From an uncultured Gemmatimonadales bacterium (GTDB lineage Bacteria; Gemmatimonadota; Gemmatimonadetes; Gemmatimonadales; GWC2-71-9), in contig CAVSTR010000004.1 in NCBI GenBank assembly GCA_963730915.1, forward strand, positions 535,014-599,013: 64,000 nt of DNA, read 5' to 3'. The notes beneath the pieces were generated by a model, which searched no databases, had not been told where the DNA came from, and saw nothing but the letters and a program-made list of their open reading frames with translations. This document shows, piece by piece, positions 47,354-57,325 of the stretch. Every line of letters begins with the position of its first letter. Position 1 is the first letter of the stretch. The translations under genes and the position numbers were made by a program.

Positions 47354-49044
47354 CTTCGGTCAGGATGCCCCTGTTTCATCCGCCGCATGTCTTCGAGCAG
47401 TGCGGCGGGTGACACTCCTCGCCCCAGGAAATCCTCGATCACCTGACGCGTTGGCCGCTCCAGCCCGAACCGATACAGCCGTGGGGCAACCCAGCCGTAC
47501 CAGGTCGAGTCTCCCGTGATGAATGGACCGTGCGCCTCGCGGGTTCGCTGCCGGATATCGGCAATGATGATGGCTCCCGCCGCATAGTTCATCATGTAGC
47601 CGGGCGCGTCTATCAATTGACCCCGCATCGCCCACCAGGAAAGCTCCGGGTGAGGGCGGATGCGCAGGTAGTCCCGGGTCAGTGTGGTCCAAACCTCGTT
47701 CGGGTCTGCCCGAGGATTGCGCTGCATTCGTACTTCGAACAGCGCCCACGCTATGTCCAGGACAACTCCGCCGTAGCGGCTCCGCAAACCCTCCCCCGTG
47801 GGCACCGAATCGCCCAGCCAGTGCTGTTGCCAAATCGGCTCGTACACGTCGAGGGCTACGAAGTCGGCGACCGCCTCGGTGAACGGGTCGCTGTCGGGCC
47901 AGTCCGCAAAGGCAGGTCGGGTCCGGATCGCGTTGATATGAACGGCATGCCCGGTCTCATGCAGAAGCTCGTTCAGATTGTCCAGACCGCCCACGCGATA
48001 GGTGGCAAACACCCACGGCTCGCCATTCCGCCATGAGCCATTGATCAGGCGAGGGCGGCGCCCGAAGGTACAGAAGGCAACAGGCGTTTTGCCCTCCCGC
48101 GGCTCGATGTCGTATCTCACCTCCAGGTCAGCGATGTTCGCGCCGAGCGAGCGATAGATCTGATCGTTGATCGCCGTGAGCCGCTCTTTGGGAATCCGCT
48201 GGCTCAGCCGGCGGCTTGCCTTCCCGGTCTCGTAGTACCAGTCCCATGGCTCGGTCAGCGAGTCCGGCGTCACCTCTCTCCACGTCTCCAGTACACGAAC
48301 CAGCCACTGCTCCAGAGAATCCGGCACCAGGCCCGACGCGCGGGACTGCGCGGCAGCCGGGGCTTCCGCTCCGTGTCTATCTCGTATCTCTCGGAGGATC
48401 AGCTGGCGATACGGGCTTCCGGCTTCGTTGCCGTGATTCACCGAGCGCCACACTGGATCGAGTGCCATGAAGAGCTGTTTACGACGCGCAGCGCTTTCGG
48501 TCTGGCCAAGTGCCCCGAGCACGGAGAGGCGGTCCAGAGTGTCGCCTGCGAGCACCACATGAGATTGAGCCCACGAATAACAGGCGTACATGCGGTGGCG
48601 CAGCGAGTCGAGCCCGTTCCGGCCTGTGAGAACAACCACCGGATCGTACTCACAATTCGGCCGCCGAGGCTCTGCGGCAACAACTGTATCAGCGGGAGGC
48701 TCGATGCGGTTCAGATCCGTCGCCAGCGTCCGGCGCATGACACCCAGCGCTCGAGCATCATCAGGAACGAGCGCTGCAGAGTCGACGGCGGTGAGGCTCG
48801 CGGCCACTCGTTCGCGAAGGGCGTTATGCGAGCCGATAAGCTCTCGAGTGGCTGAATCTCTGGAGGAGCGGCCCGCCTCCTGATTCACATCAATTTTGTC
48901 CCGAATGTCGCGCAGGTCGGCATACAGCGACTCAGCCCGAACCAGGCTGGACGGCGCTGGAGCATCGGAGCTTCGATGATGGCTGCAGGAGGGGAGCACG
49001 GCGGCCAGGAGAATGAGCTCCGCCCATGAAAGCAGTCGGCGCAT
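47350..49044 (-). CDS. HExxH zinc metallopeptidase lipoprotein (M3/M2-like gluzincin)
   Basis: LLHETGHAVH. ATG 49044 gives the lipoprotein signal MRRLLSWAELILLAAVLPSC. The ORF-track TTG 49068 lies inside the upstream terminator hairpin. Confidence 0.65.
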   Translation of the reverse strand: MRRLLSWAELILLAAVLPSCSHHRSSDAPAPSSLVRAESLYADLRDIRDKIDVNQEAGRSSRDSATRELIGSHNALRERVAASLTAVDSAALVPDDARALGVMRRTLATDLNRIEPPADTVVAAEPRRPNCEYDPVVVLTGRNGLDSLRHRMYACYSWAQSHVVLAGDTLDRLSVLGALGQTESAARRKQLFMALDPVWRSVNHGNEAGSPYRQLILREIRDRHGAEAPAAAQSRASGLVPDSLEQWLVRVLETWREVTPDSLTEPWDWYYETGKASRRLSQRIPKERLTAINDQIYRSLGANIADLEVRYDIEPREGKTPVAFCTFGRRPRLINGSWRNGEPWVFATYRVGGLDNLNELLHETGHAVHINAIRTRPAFADWPDSDPFTEAVADFVALDVYEPIWQQHWLGDSVPTGEGLRSRYGGVVLDIAWALFEVRMQRNPRADPNEVWTTLTRDYLRIRPHPELSWWAMRGQLIDAPGYMMNYAAGAIIIADIRQRTREAHGPFITGDSTWYGWVAPRLYRFGLERPTRQVIEDFLGRGVSPAALLEDMRRMKQGHPDRS

Positions 49045-49050
49045 GGGCAC

Positions 49051-49079
49051 AAAAGATAGCGCCGGCAAATGCCGGCGCT
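49051..49079 (-). terminator. intrinsic terminator of the ferritin-like gene
   Basis: Minus strand reads AGCGCCGGC-ATTT-GCCGGCGCT followed by ATCTTTT. Confidence 0.55.
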
Positions 49080-49111
49080 GGATAGTTATAGCGAACTACC
49101 GTGCTGAGCTG

Positions 49112-49615
49112 TCAGACGGCTACCCGGTTGACCCGAGCCTCGGCGATGGCCGAGAGCTTGAGATCGGTAGCCTTCTCCTCCTCGAGGGTCTCCTCCAGCA
49201 CCGCGGCGCAGTCGCTCCGGCCGAGCTGGCGGGCCCAGGCTGCCAACGTACCATACCGCGTGATCTCGTAATGCTCCACCGCCTGCGCGGCGGCCAAGGC
49301 AGCGGCATCGAGGACCTCGGGATCACTGGCGTCGCTCATGATCTCGTTGGCCTCGGAAATGATGCCATCGATGGCGGGGCAGTTGACCGCCTTGGCCTCG
49401 TGTCCATGCATCTTGAATACTTGTTCCACCCGGCTGACCTGGCCCTGGGTCTCGATCAGGTGGACCTCGAAGGCCTCCTTGAGCTGCGGATCAGACACCT
49501 TGGCGATCATCTTTGGCAGAGCCTTGAGGATCTGCTGTTCGGCATAGTAGATGTCCTGCAGCGTGTGGACGAACAGGTCGTCCAGCGACTTAATTGGCTT
49601 GGAAAGCAACCCCAT
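49112..49615 (-). CDS. ferritin-like DUF892 (YciE/YciF) family protein
   Basis: DLFVHTLQDIYYAEQQILKALPKM..EHYEITRYGTL. GGAGA SD before ATG 49615. Confidence 0.8.
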   Translation of the reverse strand: MGLLSKPIKSLDDLFVHTLQDIYYAEQQILKALPKMIAKVSDPQLKEAFEVHLIETQGQVSRVEQVFKMHGHEAKAVNCPAIDGIISEANEIMSDASDPEVLDAAALAAAQAVEHYEITRYGTLAAWARQLGRSDCAAVLEETLEEEKATDLKLSAIAEARVNRVAV

Positions 49616-49752
49616 AATTAATTCTCCTGAATGAGCTGAATTTCTGATTTGCGAGTACAGCGGCACCTCTCGAAGAGCCTGCATTCTCGCTATCAGGGCC
49701 TTTCCTAGCGGTGCGCTGGATCACGCCGGGCTCATCTATTCGGGGAGAAAGC

Positions 49753-50124
49753 ATGGCAGTACGAGCTCTGACGCGGTTACGGAAGATCTGCCTGGCATTA
49801 CCCGAGTCTCATGAGGTGGAAGCCTGGGGTGAGCCGACGTTTCGGGTGCGCAATAAGCTGTTCGCCATGTATGCCAGCTCGACTACTCACCACGGTGGCG
49901 GCCGTCCGGCGGTGTGGTGCAAAGCCGGCCCTGGGAATCAGGGTCTCATGGTTCAGGCGAACCCGATTCGGTTCTTCGTTCCTCCGTATGTGGGTCCCAG
50001 CGGGTGGGTGGGCGTATGGCTCGATGGCGCTGTGGATTGGAGTGAAGTGGCAGATCTGTTGCGGGATTCGTACGCGCTGGTGGCTCCGAAGAAGCTCCGC
50101 TCTTTGCTCGAGACCTCCAACTAG
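49753..50124 (+). CDS. MmcQ/YjbR family DNA-binding protein
   Basis: LRKICLALPESHEVEAWGEPTFRVRNKLFAMY..GWVGVWLDG. GGGGAG SD before ATG 49753. Confidence 0.75.
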   Translation: MAVRALTRLRKICLALPESHEVEAWGEPTFRVRNKLFAMYASSTTHHGGGRPAVWCKAGPGNQGLMVQANPIRFFVPPYVGPSGWVGVWLDGAVDWSEVADLLRDSYALVAPKKLRSLLETSN

Positions 50125-50144
50125 CTCAACCGACACGGACGGCA

Positions 50145-51719
50145 ATGCGAAAACACTGGCCCCGATTCCTTCTCCTTCTGCCGATCAGCATTACTCCCCT
50201 TCGAGCCCAGCAGCCACCGCCGGGGCTGGATGGCTACATCCAGCGCGTCATGCAGACTTTCACGGTGCCGGGGCTCTCGGTGGCGATCGTGCAAGACGGC
50301 AAGGTCATCCTGGCCAAAGGCTATGGCGTGCGACGAATGGGGGACCGGGCTCCTGTCGATGCGCGAACGCGGTTCGGAATCGCATCGAACACCAAGCTGT
50401 TCACGGCCACCGCTATCGCGCTGCTCGTCGAGGAAGGCAAAGTCGAGTGGGACAAGCCGGTCATCGACTATCTCCCCGCATTCGCCATGTCCGATCCGTA
50501 CGTCACGCGGGAGCTCACCGTTCGCGATCTCCTGGTTCACCGGAGCGGCCTCGGGCTCGGTGCGGGCGACCTGCTATGGTGGCCTCCTTCGACGTACAAC
50601 AGGAAGGAAATCGCACGACGTATCCGCTACATCCCGCTGGCCACGTCGTTTCGGAGCGCCTACGCCTACGACAATGTCCTCTATCTCGTCGCCGGAGAAT
50701 TGATCGAAGCAGTGTCCGGCAAGAGCTGGGAGGAATTCGTTCGGAGCCGCATCCTGGCCAAGGTGGGAATGAGCGATACCGAGGTTCGTCACTCGGGAGC
50801 TACCGCAGGTGGCAACGTGGCCGGAACTCACGCCGAGGTAAATGACACCGTTCGTCCGGTCGCGCCGTTTACGAGCGATAACACCAATCCGGCCGGCGGG
50901 ATCATGTCGGGGGCTGTCGACATGGCAAAGTGGATGATCGTACAGCTGGACTCGGGGCGGGTTGCCGATGGCTCCCGACTGTTTACGCCGGCGAGTACCC
51001 GGCAGCTGTGGCGTGAGGTGACGCCAACTCCCATAGGCAGTGTCCCGCCCGGTATGTCGGCAGTCAGCCATCTCCAGGCCAGGATGTCCGGCTACGCACT
51101 CGGCCTCAGCGTTCGCGACTATCGTGGAAGGATCCTGCTTCAGCATACCGGTGGGCTACCCGGGTACCTGTCCAAGGTTGCCATGATTCCCGAGCTTCGG
51201 CTCGGCGTAGCGGTGCTCACGAACCAGGAGTCCGGAGCAGCCTACGAATCGATCGTCTACCATGTGCTCGATCACTATCTCAACGTCAGACCACCAGACT
51301 ATCCAGCCGTGTTCAAGACGCTGAACGACCGGCGGCGCGCCAAGCTGCAGGAGGCGGAGAGCAAGGCGTCGGCAGGGCGCGATTCTCTTTCGGGCCCCTC
51401 GCTGCCCCTTGCGAAGTACGCCGGTACATATCGCGATCCATGGTACGGCGATGTGGTAATTGCCGGGGAGGGTCGTGGACTCGCCATCCGCTTCAAGCAC
51501 ACACCATCGCTGGTGGGCGATCTGGTGCACTGGCAGCACGACACGTTCCTGGCACGCTGGAGAGACCGGGAGCTCAGAGCCGATGCGTACGCCACCTTTA
51601 CGCTCAAGCCGGATGGGAGTGTCGAGCAGCTCAGGATGGTGCCGGCATCCGACGCGGTCGACTTCAGCTTCGATTTTCAGGACTTGACGTTGCAGCCGAT
51701 CCGCGATTCTGCGCGATAG
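50145..51719 (+). CDS. secreted serine hydrolase, beta-lactamase (class C/PBP4*) family with C-terminal extra domain
   Basis: Signal peptide, SxxK motif IASNTKLF and YAYDN. Confidence 0.8.
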   Translation: MRKHWPRFLLLLPISITPLRAQQPPPGLDGYIQRVMQTFTVPGLSVAIVQDGKVILAKGYGVRRMGDRAPVDARTRFGIASNTKLFTATAIALLVEEGKVEWDKPVIDYLPAFAMSDPYVTRELTVRDLLVHRSGLGLGAGDLLWWPPSTYNRKEIARRIRYIPLATSFRSAYAYDNVLYLVAGELIEAVSGKSWEEFVRSRILAKVGMSDTEVRHSGATAGGNVAGTHAEVNDTVRPVAPFTSDNTNPAGGIMSGAVDMAKWMIVQLDSGRVADGSRLFTPASTRQLWREVTPTPIGSVPPGMSAVSHLQARMSGYALGLSVRDYRGRILLQHTGGLPGYLSKVAMIPELRLGVAVLTNQESGAAYESIVYHVLDHYLNVRPPDYPAVFKTLNDRRRAKLQEAESKASAGRDSLSGPSLPLAKYAGTYRDPWYGDVVIAGEGRGLAIRFKHTPSLVGDLVHWQHDTFLARWRDRELRADAYATFTLKPDGSVEQLRMVPASDAVDFSFDFQDLTLQPIRDSAR

Positions 51720-51723
51720 CGCC

Positions 51724-51946
51724 CTACTCCGTGGGGCCGTCTGGTATTCCCTCCGGCGCTACCACACGTGTGTTCTTAGGATACTTGGGGAACAAGTCAC
51801 CGATGAGCGCTCCAGGTAAGGCGCCAAATGCTCCTCCAATCACGCCGCCTCCGCTTCCTGGAGGGGCGGCCGTATGGGCGCCTGGGCCAGAGGTGCTGTG
51901 CAGTCACGGCGAAAACCAGGATACATAGAGCGTGGCGAGCGAGCAT
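51724..51946 (-). pseudogene. small glycine-zipper secreted/membrane protein, frame broken near 51893-51905
   Basis: My translation: MLARHALCILVFAVTA / STSGPGAHTAAPPGSGGGVIGGAFGALPGALIGDLFPKYPK...TE-TAG. It is not in the ORF track as one piece. Confidence 0.3.
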
Positions 51947-51974
51947 GGTGCCCCCGAATCGAAGACACCTCAGG

Positions 51975-52937
51975 CTACTTTCGCGCCGTGACCTCCGTAT
52001 GCCTCGAGCGTGACCCCGGTGCAGTGGCAACCCGCTGAAGGGCCCGGCGCGCTTTGGTCAAGGATAAGGCGCTATCCCAGAACTCGGCCCATGGATCGTC
52101 CGCTCGGTCGAGCCGATCGAAAACTGTTTTGATGGTAAAGCTGTTGGACTTCAGATTCTTTTTCCCGAGCTCGGCCCAGTCCAGTGGTACCGATACTGGT
52201 GCACCTTTCCGGGCACGTACGGCGTAGGCTGGTGCGACCAGCTGCGCGTATCCGTTACGGTTGGTGTCGATGAAGACTCGGTCTCCGCGCTGCGCCTTGA
52301 GCTGCTCCATCGTGCGTTCTTTCGGCGCCTGGGCGACCACGATCGCTGCCACATCTCGAGCGAAGTTCCTGACCGGCTCGTACTCCTCACGCCGCTGTAG
52401 CGGTACCACGACGTGAAGGCCACGGGAGCCGGTTGTCTTCAGAAAGGCGGGAAGTCCCAGCTCATCGAGCAGCTGCTTGAAGGCCTGGGCGGTCGACCGG
52501 ACCACTCCGAAATCATCACCCTGAGGGTCCAGGTCGAATACGAGCTGATCTGGATGGTGGACCTTGTCGAGCCGGCTGAGGAAGATGTGCGGAGTAACGC
52601 ATGCCTGATTTGCCAGGTAGACAAGCGTAGCAGTGTCGTTGCACACCACGTGCGTGACCTTGCCTCCCACTTTCTCCATCGTGACCCTCTGGATCCACTC
52701 GGGAAAGTAGGATGACGCCTCCTTCTGGAAGAAGCGCTTGGTATCGATGCCGTTGGGATATCGTTCCAGCGTCAATGGCCGGTCGTGTAGGTGGGGCAGC
52801 ATCCACGGAGCGATCCGAGCGTAGTACTCGATCAGCTCTCCCTTGGTGATCCCATCCTCCGGGAACAGAACCTTCTCGGGCCGGCTGATCTCGATCTCAC
52901 GTCCATCGGCGCGAATCACGCCCTTCAAGGCCGCCAT
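51975..52937 (-). CDS. ligD: NHEJ DNA polymerase/primase domain protein (LigD PolDom, stand-alone)
   Basis: ISRPEKVLFPEDGITKGELIEYY..LERYPNGI..LVFDLDP..FLKTTGSRGLHVVVPL..RVFIDTNRN. Confidence 0.85.
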   Translation of the reverse strand: MAALKGVIRADGREIEISRPEKVLFPEDGITKGELIEYYARIAPWMLPHLHDRPLTLERYPNGIDTKRFFQKEASSYFPEWIQRVTMEKVGGKVTHVVCNDTATLVYLANQACVTPHIFLSRLDKVHHPDQLVFDLDPQGDDFGVVRSTAQAFKQLLDELGLPAFLKTTGSRGLHVVVPLQRREEYEPVRNFARDVAAIVVAQAPKERTMEQLKAQRGDRVFIDTNRNGYAQLVAPAYAVRARKGAPVSVPLDWAELGKKNLKSNSFTIKTVFDRLDRADDPWAEFWDSALSLTKARRALQRVATAPGSRSRHTEVTARK

Positions 52938-52958
52938 CGAAGCATCTCCCTGCTGCTC

Positions 52959-53474
52959 TCAGGTATTTCTCGCGAAGCTCTGGGGATAGAGCTCGGAGCT
53001 GCCATCCAAGTCACCAGTCTGAGCATAGACCAACAATTCCGCGGTGTCGTCGATTACTTCGCCGCCCACCGCCTCACCCAGTACCAGCTCGTGGTCGCCG
53101 GCGGGGGTAGCCCCCGCAATGCGACACTCCAGGTACGCTGCGGCATCCAGAAGAATTGGGGCGCCGAAGGTATTCGGCCTCCAGCGTTGCCCGGCGAGTT
53201 TGTTCAGCTCCCGTCCCGAGTGGGTGCCGAAATGCCCTGCGAGGTCGAGCTGATTTCTCCTGAGCATGTTCAGCACGAATGTCCCGCTATGCTTGAGCAG
53301 AGAGTAGGACATGTTCTTCGGGTTTACTGACAGGCCCACGAGAAGCGGCTCGAACGATACCTGTGTCACCCAGGCCGCGGTGAATGCATTCTGCCGGCCT
53401 TCGTAGGCCACCCCGACCACATAGACTCCCGTGGTCAAGCGGTGAAAGAGGTCGACGGGTGTAGACGTTTGCAT
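52959..53474 (-). CDS. flavin reductase family protein (FMN-binding split barrel)
   Basis: GVYVVGVAYEGRQNAFTAAWVTQVSFEPLLVGLSV. Confidence 0.8.
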   Translation of the reverse strand: MQTSTPVDLFHRLTTGVYVVGVAYEGRQNAFTAAWVTQVSFEPLLVGLSVNPKNMSYSLLKHSGTFVLNMLRRNQLDLAGHFGTHSGRELNKLAGQRWRPNTFGAPILLDAAAYLECRIAGATPAGDHELVLGEAVGGEVIDDTAELLVYAQTGDLDGSSELYPQSFARNT

Positions 53475-53540
53475 GTAACTCCTTCATGATGTTTGATCCC
53501 GACACCCGGAATTTAGGGCCACCCACTGATAGAGGTACCG

Positions 53541-54260
53541 ATGCGCATCAGAACAATCGCCCTGTTCGTCTGCATCACCGCTGCTCGACCGGTTCCCGCG
53601 TCAGTGCTCCTGGCGCAGTCACTCGACTCAATAACCAGCGTTCAGCATCGTGGTCTCTCGGGAAAGCAGGCGGCAATCGCCGGCATTCTCCTGCTGACCT
53701 CAGGACTGGCAGATGAGGGACTTCGCGAAGAGCTCCAGGAGCATCGCAGTGGTGTCACGAACTCTGTCGCATGGCTGGGTAATACACTGGGCGACCCCGC
53801 GTATGTCGTCTCTGGTATAGGCGTGGCCCTGCTGGCGGGCGAGCTGTCAGGAAACAAGGAGCTGGCCCATCTGGCGTGGCGGGTCGGGAGCTCCGCCGCG
53901 CTGGCGTCCGGGGTTACCACCATTCTCAAGTACACGGTCGGACGCACCCGGCCCACACAGGGAGACAGCGACGATTTTCAGCCTTTCGGTGGGGGCACGT
54001 CGTTCCCGTCGGGACATACGACGCTCGCCTTTGCCGTGGCCACCGCAATAGCCGACGAGAGCCGCAACGGATGGGTGGACGCTGCCGTGTATGGTGCTGC
54101 CGCGCTTACGGCGTATGCCCGGGTCAACAATGATCGCCATTGGGCCTCGGATGTTCTGGCCGGCGCCCTGGTCGGCCATCTGAGCGCGCGCTGGCTCTCG
54201 CGCCGAAACGCCTCCCTCAGCCTCGCACCCGGATCGATCGGGCTTTCATTCGGATTCTGA
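53541..54260 (+). CDS. PAP2 family phosphatase
   Basis: KYTVGRTRP, FPSGHT and SDVLAG motifs, plus a signal peptide. Confidence 0.8.
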   Translation: MRIRTIALFVCITAARPVPASVLLAQSLDSITSVQHRGLSGKQAAIAGILLLTSGLADEGLREELQEHRSGVTNSVAWLGNTLGDPAYVVSGIGVALLAGELSGNKELAHLAWRVGSSAALASGVTTILKYTVGRTRPTQGDSDDFQPFGGGTSFPSGHTTLAFAVATAIADESRNGWVDAAVYGAAALTAYARVNNDRHWASDVLAGALVGHLSARWLSRRNASLSLAPGSIGLSFGF

Positions 54261-54281
54261 CGCAACAGAAGTTCCTAACAG

Positions 54282-54343
54282 GCAACCATAAGGTTGCATT
54301 ATCGTGGGTCTATGTTAGATTAACATGCAACCAGATGGTTGCA
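54282..54343. promoter_or_regulatory. two palindromes GCAACCATAAGGTTGC and TGCAACCAGATGGTTGCA, candidate ArsR operators
   Basis: Located at 54282-54297 and 54326-54343, directly upstream of the SRPBCC-arsR pair. They share the AACC-N4-GGTT core with the cassette palindrome at 43296-43321. Confidence 0.45.
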
Positions 54344-54363
54344 CGTCAACTTTCGGAGGCTCT

Positions 54364-54828
54364 ATGCCCGCGTCCGCGCCAGGCTCCACCACGACTGATC
54401 GCATCGTCAAGACCACCCTGCTCAAGGCCCCCCGGTCGAAGGTCTGGCGTGCTCTCACGGATCCGGCAGCGTTCAGTAGCTGGTTCGGGTGTGTTTTGAG
54501 AGACCCGTTTGTGCCGGGAGCGCGAGTTCGGGGTCCGGTCACTCATCCGGGGTACGAGCATCTCACAATGGACATCATCATAGGCGAGGTTCAGCCGGAG
54601 CGACTGTTCTCCTGGCAGTGGTATCCCGGTGGCGATCCCGAACACCATCCGGACGAGGCAATGACGACTGTGGTCTTCGAGCTGCAGGAGGTGCCGGAGG
54701 GCACCAAACTTACGGTGACCGAAACCGGCTTCGACCGTCTTCCTCCGGCCCGGCGCGCCAAGGCCTACCGGGAGAATGATGAGGGCTGGGACGGCCAACT
54801 GGAGAATCTGCGGAACCACCTTGCCTGA
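54364..54828 (+). CDS. SRPBCC/Aha1-like protein
   Basis: GGAGG SD before ATG 54364. KAPRSKVWRALTDPAAFSSWF..TTVVFELQEVPEGTKLTVTETGF. Confidence 0.75.
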   Translation: MPASAPGSTTTDRIVKTTLLKAPRSKVWRALTDPAAFSSWFGCVLRDPFVPGARVRGPVTHPGYEHLTMDIIIGEVQPERLFSWQWYPGGDPEHHPDEAMTTVVFELQEVPEGTKLTVTETGFDRLPPARRAKAYRENDEGWDGQLENLRNHLA

Positions 54829-55150
54829 GCCACATGCCCGGGCCTCCGCCAGTCTGTTCGCGGCTCTTGGCGACGAGACCCGCCTCCGGCTGCTGGGTCG
54901 CCTCGCTGGTGGGCCGGTATCGATCTCCCGGCTGGCGGAGGGCTCAGGCATCACCCGGCAGGGGGTTGCCAAGCACCTCCGGGTACTAGCCCGGGCCGGC
55001 TTGGTTCGGGGGCGCCGCCGCGGGAAGGAGAGCGTCTGGCAGCTGGAGAGAAAGCGGCTGGATGAGGCAAGGCGCTCCTTGGAGCTGATTTCCCGGCAAT
55101 GGGACACGGCCCTCGGTAAGCTTAAGCTCTACGTGGAAGAGCAATCGTGA
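54821..55150 (+). CDS. ArsR/SmtB family transcriptional regulator
   Basis: FAALGDETRLRLLGRL..ISRLAEGSGITRQGVAKHLRVLARAGLV. Start is TTG 54821 (or ATG 54776) and overlaps the SRPBCC stop. Confidence 0.75.
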   Translation: MPEPHARASASLFAALGDETRLRLLGRLAGGPVSISRLAEGSGITRQGVAKHLRVLARAGLVRGRRRGKESVWQLERKRLDEARRSLELISRQWDTALGKLKLYVEEQS

Positions 55151-55172
55151 GTCCCTATCTCCCGAGGCAATC

Positions 55173-55691
55173 GTGGACGACCGAACCGTCACGCTGCTGC
55201 TCCGCCTGGTTCACATTCTGGCCGGCATCTTCTGGGTTGGAGCGATTTTCCTGATTGCCGGCTTCCTCATGCCGACCCTTCGAGCGACTGGCCGAGAAGG
55301 TGGCCGCTTCATGCAGCATCTGATGCAGCAGCGGAAACTCCCGGTGTACCTGGCCGGCGCAATGCTCCTCACGGTGCTCTCCGGATTCACGCTCTACGGT
55401 CGATTAGTGTCGGCCACCCACGGGGCGTGGGCGGGCACTGCACCTGGCATCGCGTATGGTGTGGGTGGTCTTTCGGCGATCATCGGAGCATTGGTCGGGC
55501 TGCTGGTCAGTGGGTCCGCCGCTCGGCGGATGGCGGCGATTGGACAGCGCGCCGCGCAGGCAGGTGGTCCATCGGCGAGCGAGCAGGCTGAGATCGAGAG
55601 GCTGCAGGGCCGAATGATGGTGGGATCGCGCCTGGTGGCCCTCTTCCTGGGTGTGGCGGCGTCTGCTATGGCGGTGGGGCGTTACCTGTGA
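55173..55691 (+). CDS. four-TM membrane protein of unknown function
   Basis: Four hydrophobic helices. No recognisable catalytic motif. Confidence 0.5.
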   Translation: MDDRTVTLLLRLVHILAGIFWVGAIFLIAGFLMPTLRATGREGGRFMQHLMQQRKLPVYLAGAMLLTVLSGFTLYGRLVSATHGAWAGTAPGIAYGVGGLSAIIGALVGLLVSGSAARRMAAIGQRAAQAGGPSASEQAEIERLQGRMMVGSRLVALFLGVAASAMAVGRYL

Positions 55692-55698
55692 CTGTGTG

Positions 55699-57315
55699 CT
55701 AGGCAGGCTGGTGCTGGCGCCACCACCGGTTCGCCTCTTCCTGGCTCCAGGGCTCTCTCTCTATTTCCGCCAACTCGCGGTCCAGTTCCCCAGCCGTCTG
55801 GGGCCTGTCCGCCGGTTTCTTCGCCAGACATAAGAGCACCACCCGGTCGAGTTCCGGGTCGATGTCGAGCTCGGTACGCTGCGACGGGGGAACTGGTGCT
55901 TCCTGGATGTGCTTGGCGATGACCTGGAACGATGCTGGCCCTTCGAAGACGAGCCTTCCGGTCAACAGATAGTAGGCGACGCAGCCGAGCGCATAGATAT
56001 CGGCCCGCCCATCGACCTGCTCGCCCAAGGCCATTTCGGGTGCCATGTAGGCGGGTGTTCCCGGCGTGAGACCGGCAGCGGTGGCCATCGAGTCCTCTCC
56101 CGACAGACTGCCGACCGATTTCACCAGGCCGAAGTCGAGCACCTTCACGAAGTCCTGCCGAAGTCCCACGCGCCCCACGTGAATGTTGGCCGGCTTGATG
56201 TCGCGATGGACGAGTCCGTTCGCATGAGCTTCTTCCAGGGACTCGCACACTTGCCGAAGTATGTGGATCACTCGCTTGGCAGGGAGCGGCCCCTCGTGTT
56301 GAACCAGCGTCTCCAGGTCCATACCCTGGAGCAGCTCCATTACGAAGTAGAGAGTACCATCCTCGGTCACGCCGAAGTCATACAATTCCACCGTATGCGG
56401 CGAGCGCAGATTGGCCGCGGCCTCCGCTTCACGTCGGAACCGGGTGACGGCCAGATCCGCCGAGTCACCATGTCGCTCTGCCAGAACCTCGGGCCGGATC
56501 AGCTTGATGGCGGCGGGGCGCGCCAGCATGCGGTGGGTAGCGCGATACACCTCTCCCATGCCGCCGCGGCCGAGTAGCTCACCCAGTTTGTAGCTGCCCA
56601 TCTCGCGTTCCTTGACCACCTGTCGGCCCAGGCGTGTGACCACATGGGAGATCACCACCGCTACACCGAGCAGCAGATAGCTCGGATAGTGCATGATCAG
56701 GGCATTCCGTAACGGGCCGAAGTGGTATCGCCCGGTTGCCTGGGCTATGACCATCCCCATCGGATCCATCGAGGCGGCCACAAAGCCCGCGAACAGCATC
56801 TTCCACGGGGAACCGGGAACCAGGGCAGCGAACATCAGAATGACGGGGCCGATCCAGCTGATCATCGGCTGCGTACTTACCGTGGGGGCACCGGGCGGCC
56901 CCAAGTGGAAGAGGAGAGCGATACCCGCCGCACACACCACCAGATAGACGAGGGCAAGATCCAGAATGAAGGTTGGATCTCGCTCGCGGCCACGCAGATA
57001 GCCGTAGAGTCCGAGTCCAATCAGGCATGAGACCACGGCCACGATATCGGTCGGACCAAACTGACTCCACCGTGGGTCCTGCGGGCTCATCAGATAGCCG
57101 GCCAGGTGGCCGAGGCTCGGTCCCAGAGCCCAAAGGGCGGCACCAATGAGTGCCAGAATTTGAAGGCGCCTGGAGGCTTGGCGTAGTAAGTCGGGGGGCA
57201 AACGTCGGCGGCTTCCCGGGGTGCTCCTGCTTTCCCCGGGTGTTTCTCTCTGCCGCCGGCCGATCAGCTGGTCTGACATACTTTGATTTTTACCCCAATG
57301 ACAACCCTCCGCCAA
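55699..57315 (-). CDS. Ser/Thr protein kinase with N-terminal polytopic membrane domain
   Basis: The N-terminal half has about 6 TM helices. The C-terminal half carries GRGGMGEVY, AIK, HRDIKPANI, DFG and APE. Start is TTG 57315 or ATG 57279. Confidence 0.85.
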   Translation of the reverse strand: MAEGCHWGKNQSMSDQLIGRRQRETPGESRSTPGSRRRLPPDLLRQASRRLQILALIGAALWALGPSLGHLAGYLMSPQDPRWSQFGPTDIVAVVSCLIGLGLYGYLRGRERDPTFILDLALVYLVVCAAGIALLFHLGPPGAPTVSTQPMISWIGPVILMFAALVPGSPWKMLFAGFVAASMDPMGMVIAQATGRYHFGPLRNALIMHYPSYLLLGVAVVISHVVTRLGRQVVKEREMGSYKLGELLGRGGMGEVYRATHRMLARPAAIKLIRPEVLAERHGDSADLAVTRFRREAEAAANLRSPHTVELYDFGVTEDGTLYFVMELLQGMDLETLVQHEGPLPAKRVIHILRQVCESLEEAHANGLVHRDIKPANIHVGRVGLRQDFVKVLDFGLVKSVGSLSGEDSMATAAGLTPGTPAYMAPEMALGEQVDGRADIYALGCVAYYLLTGRLVFEGPASFQVIAKHIQEAPVPPSQRTELDIDPELDRVVLLCLAKKPADRPQTAGELDRELAEIEREPWSQEEANRWWRQHQPA

Positions 57316-57325
57316 GGGTTACCGG

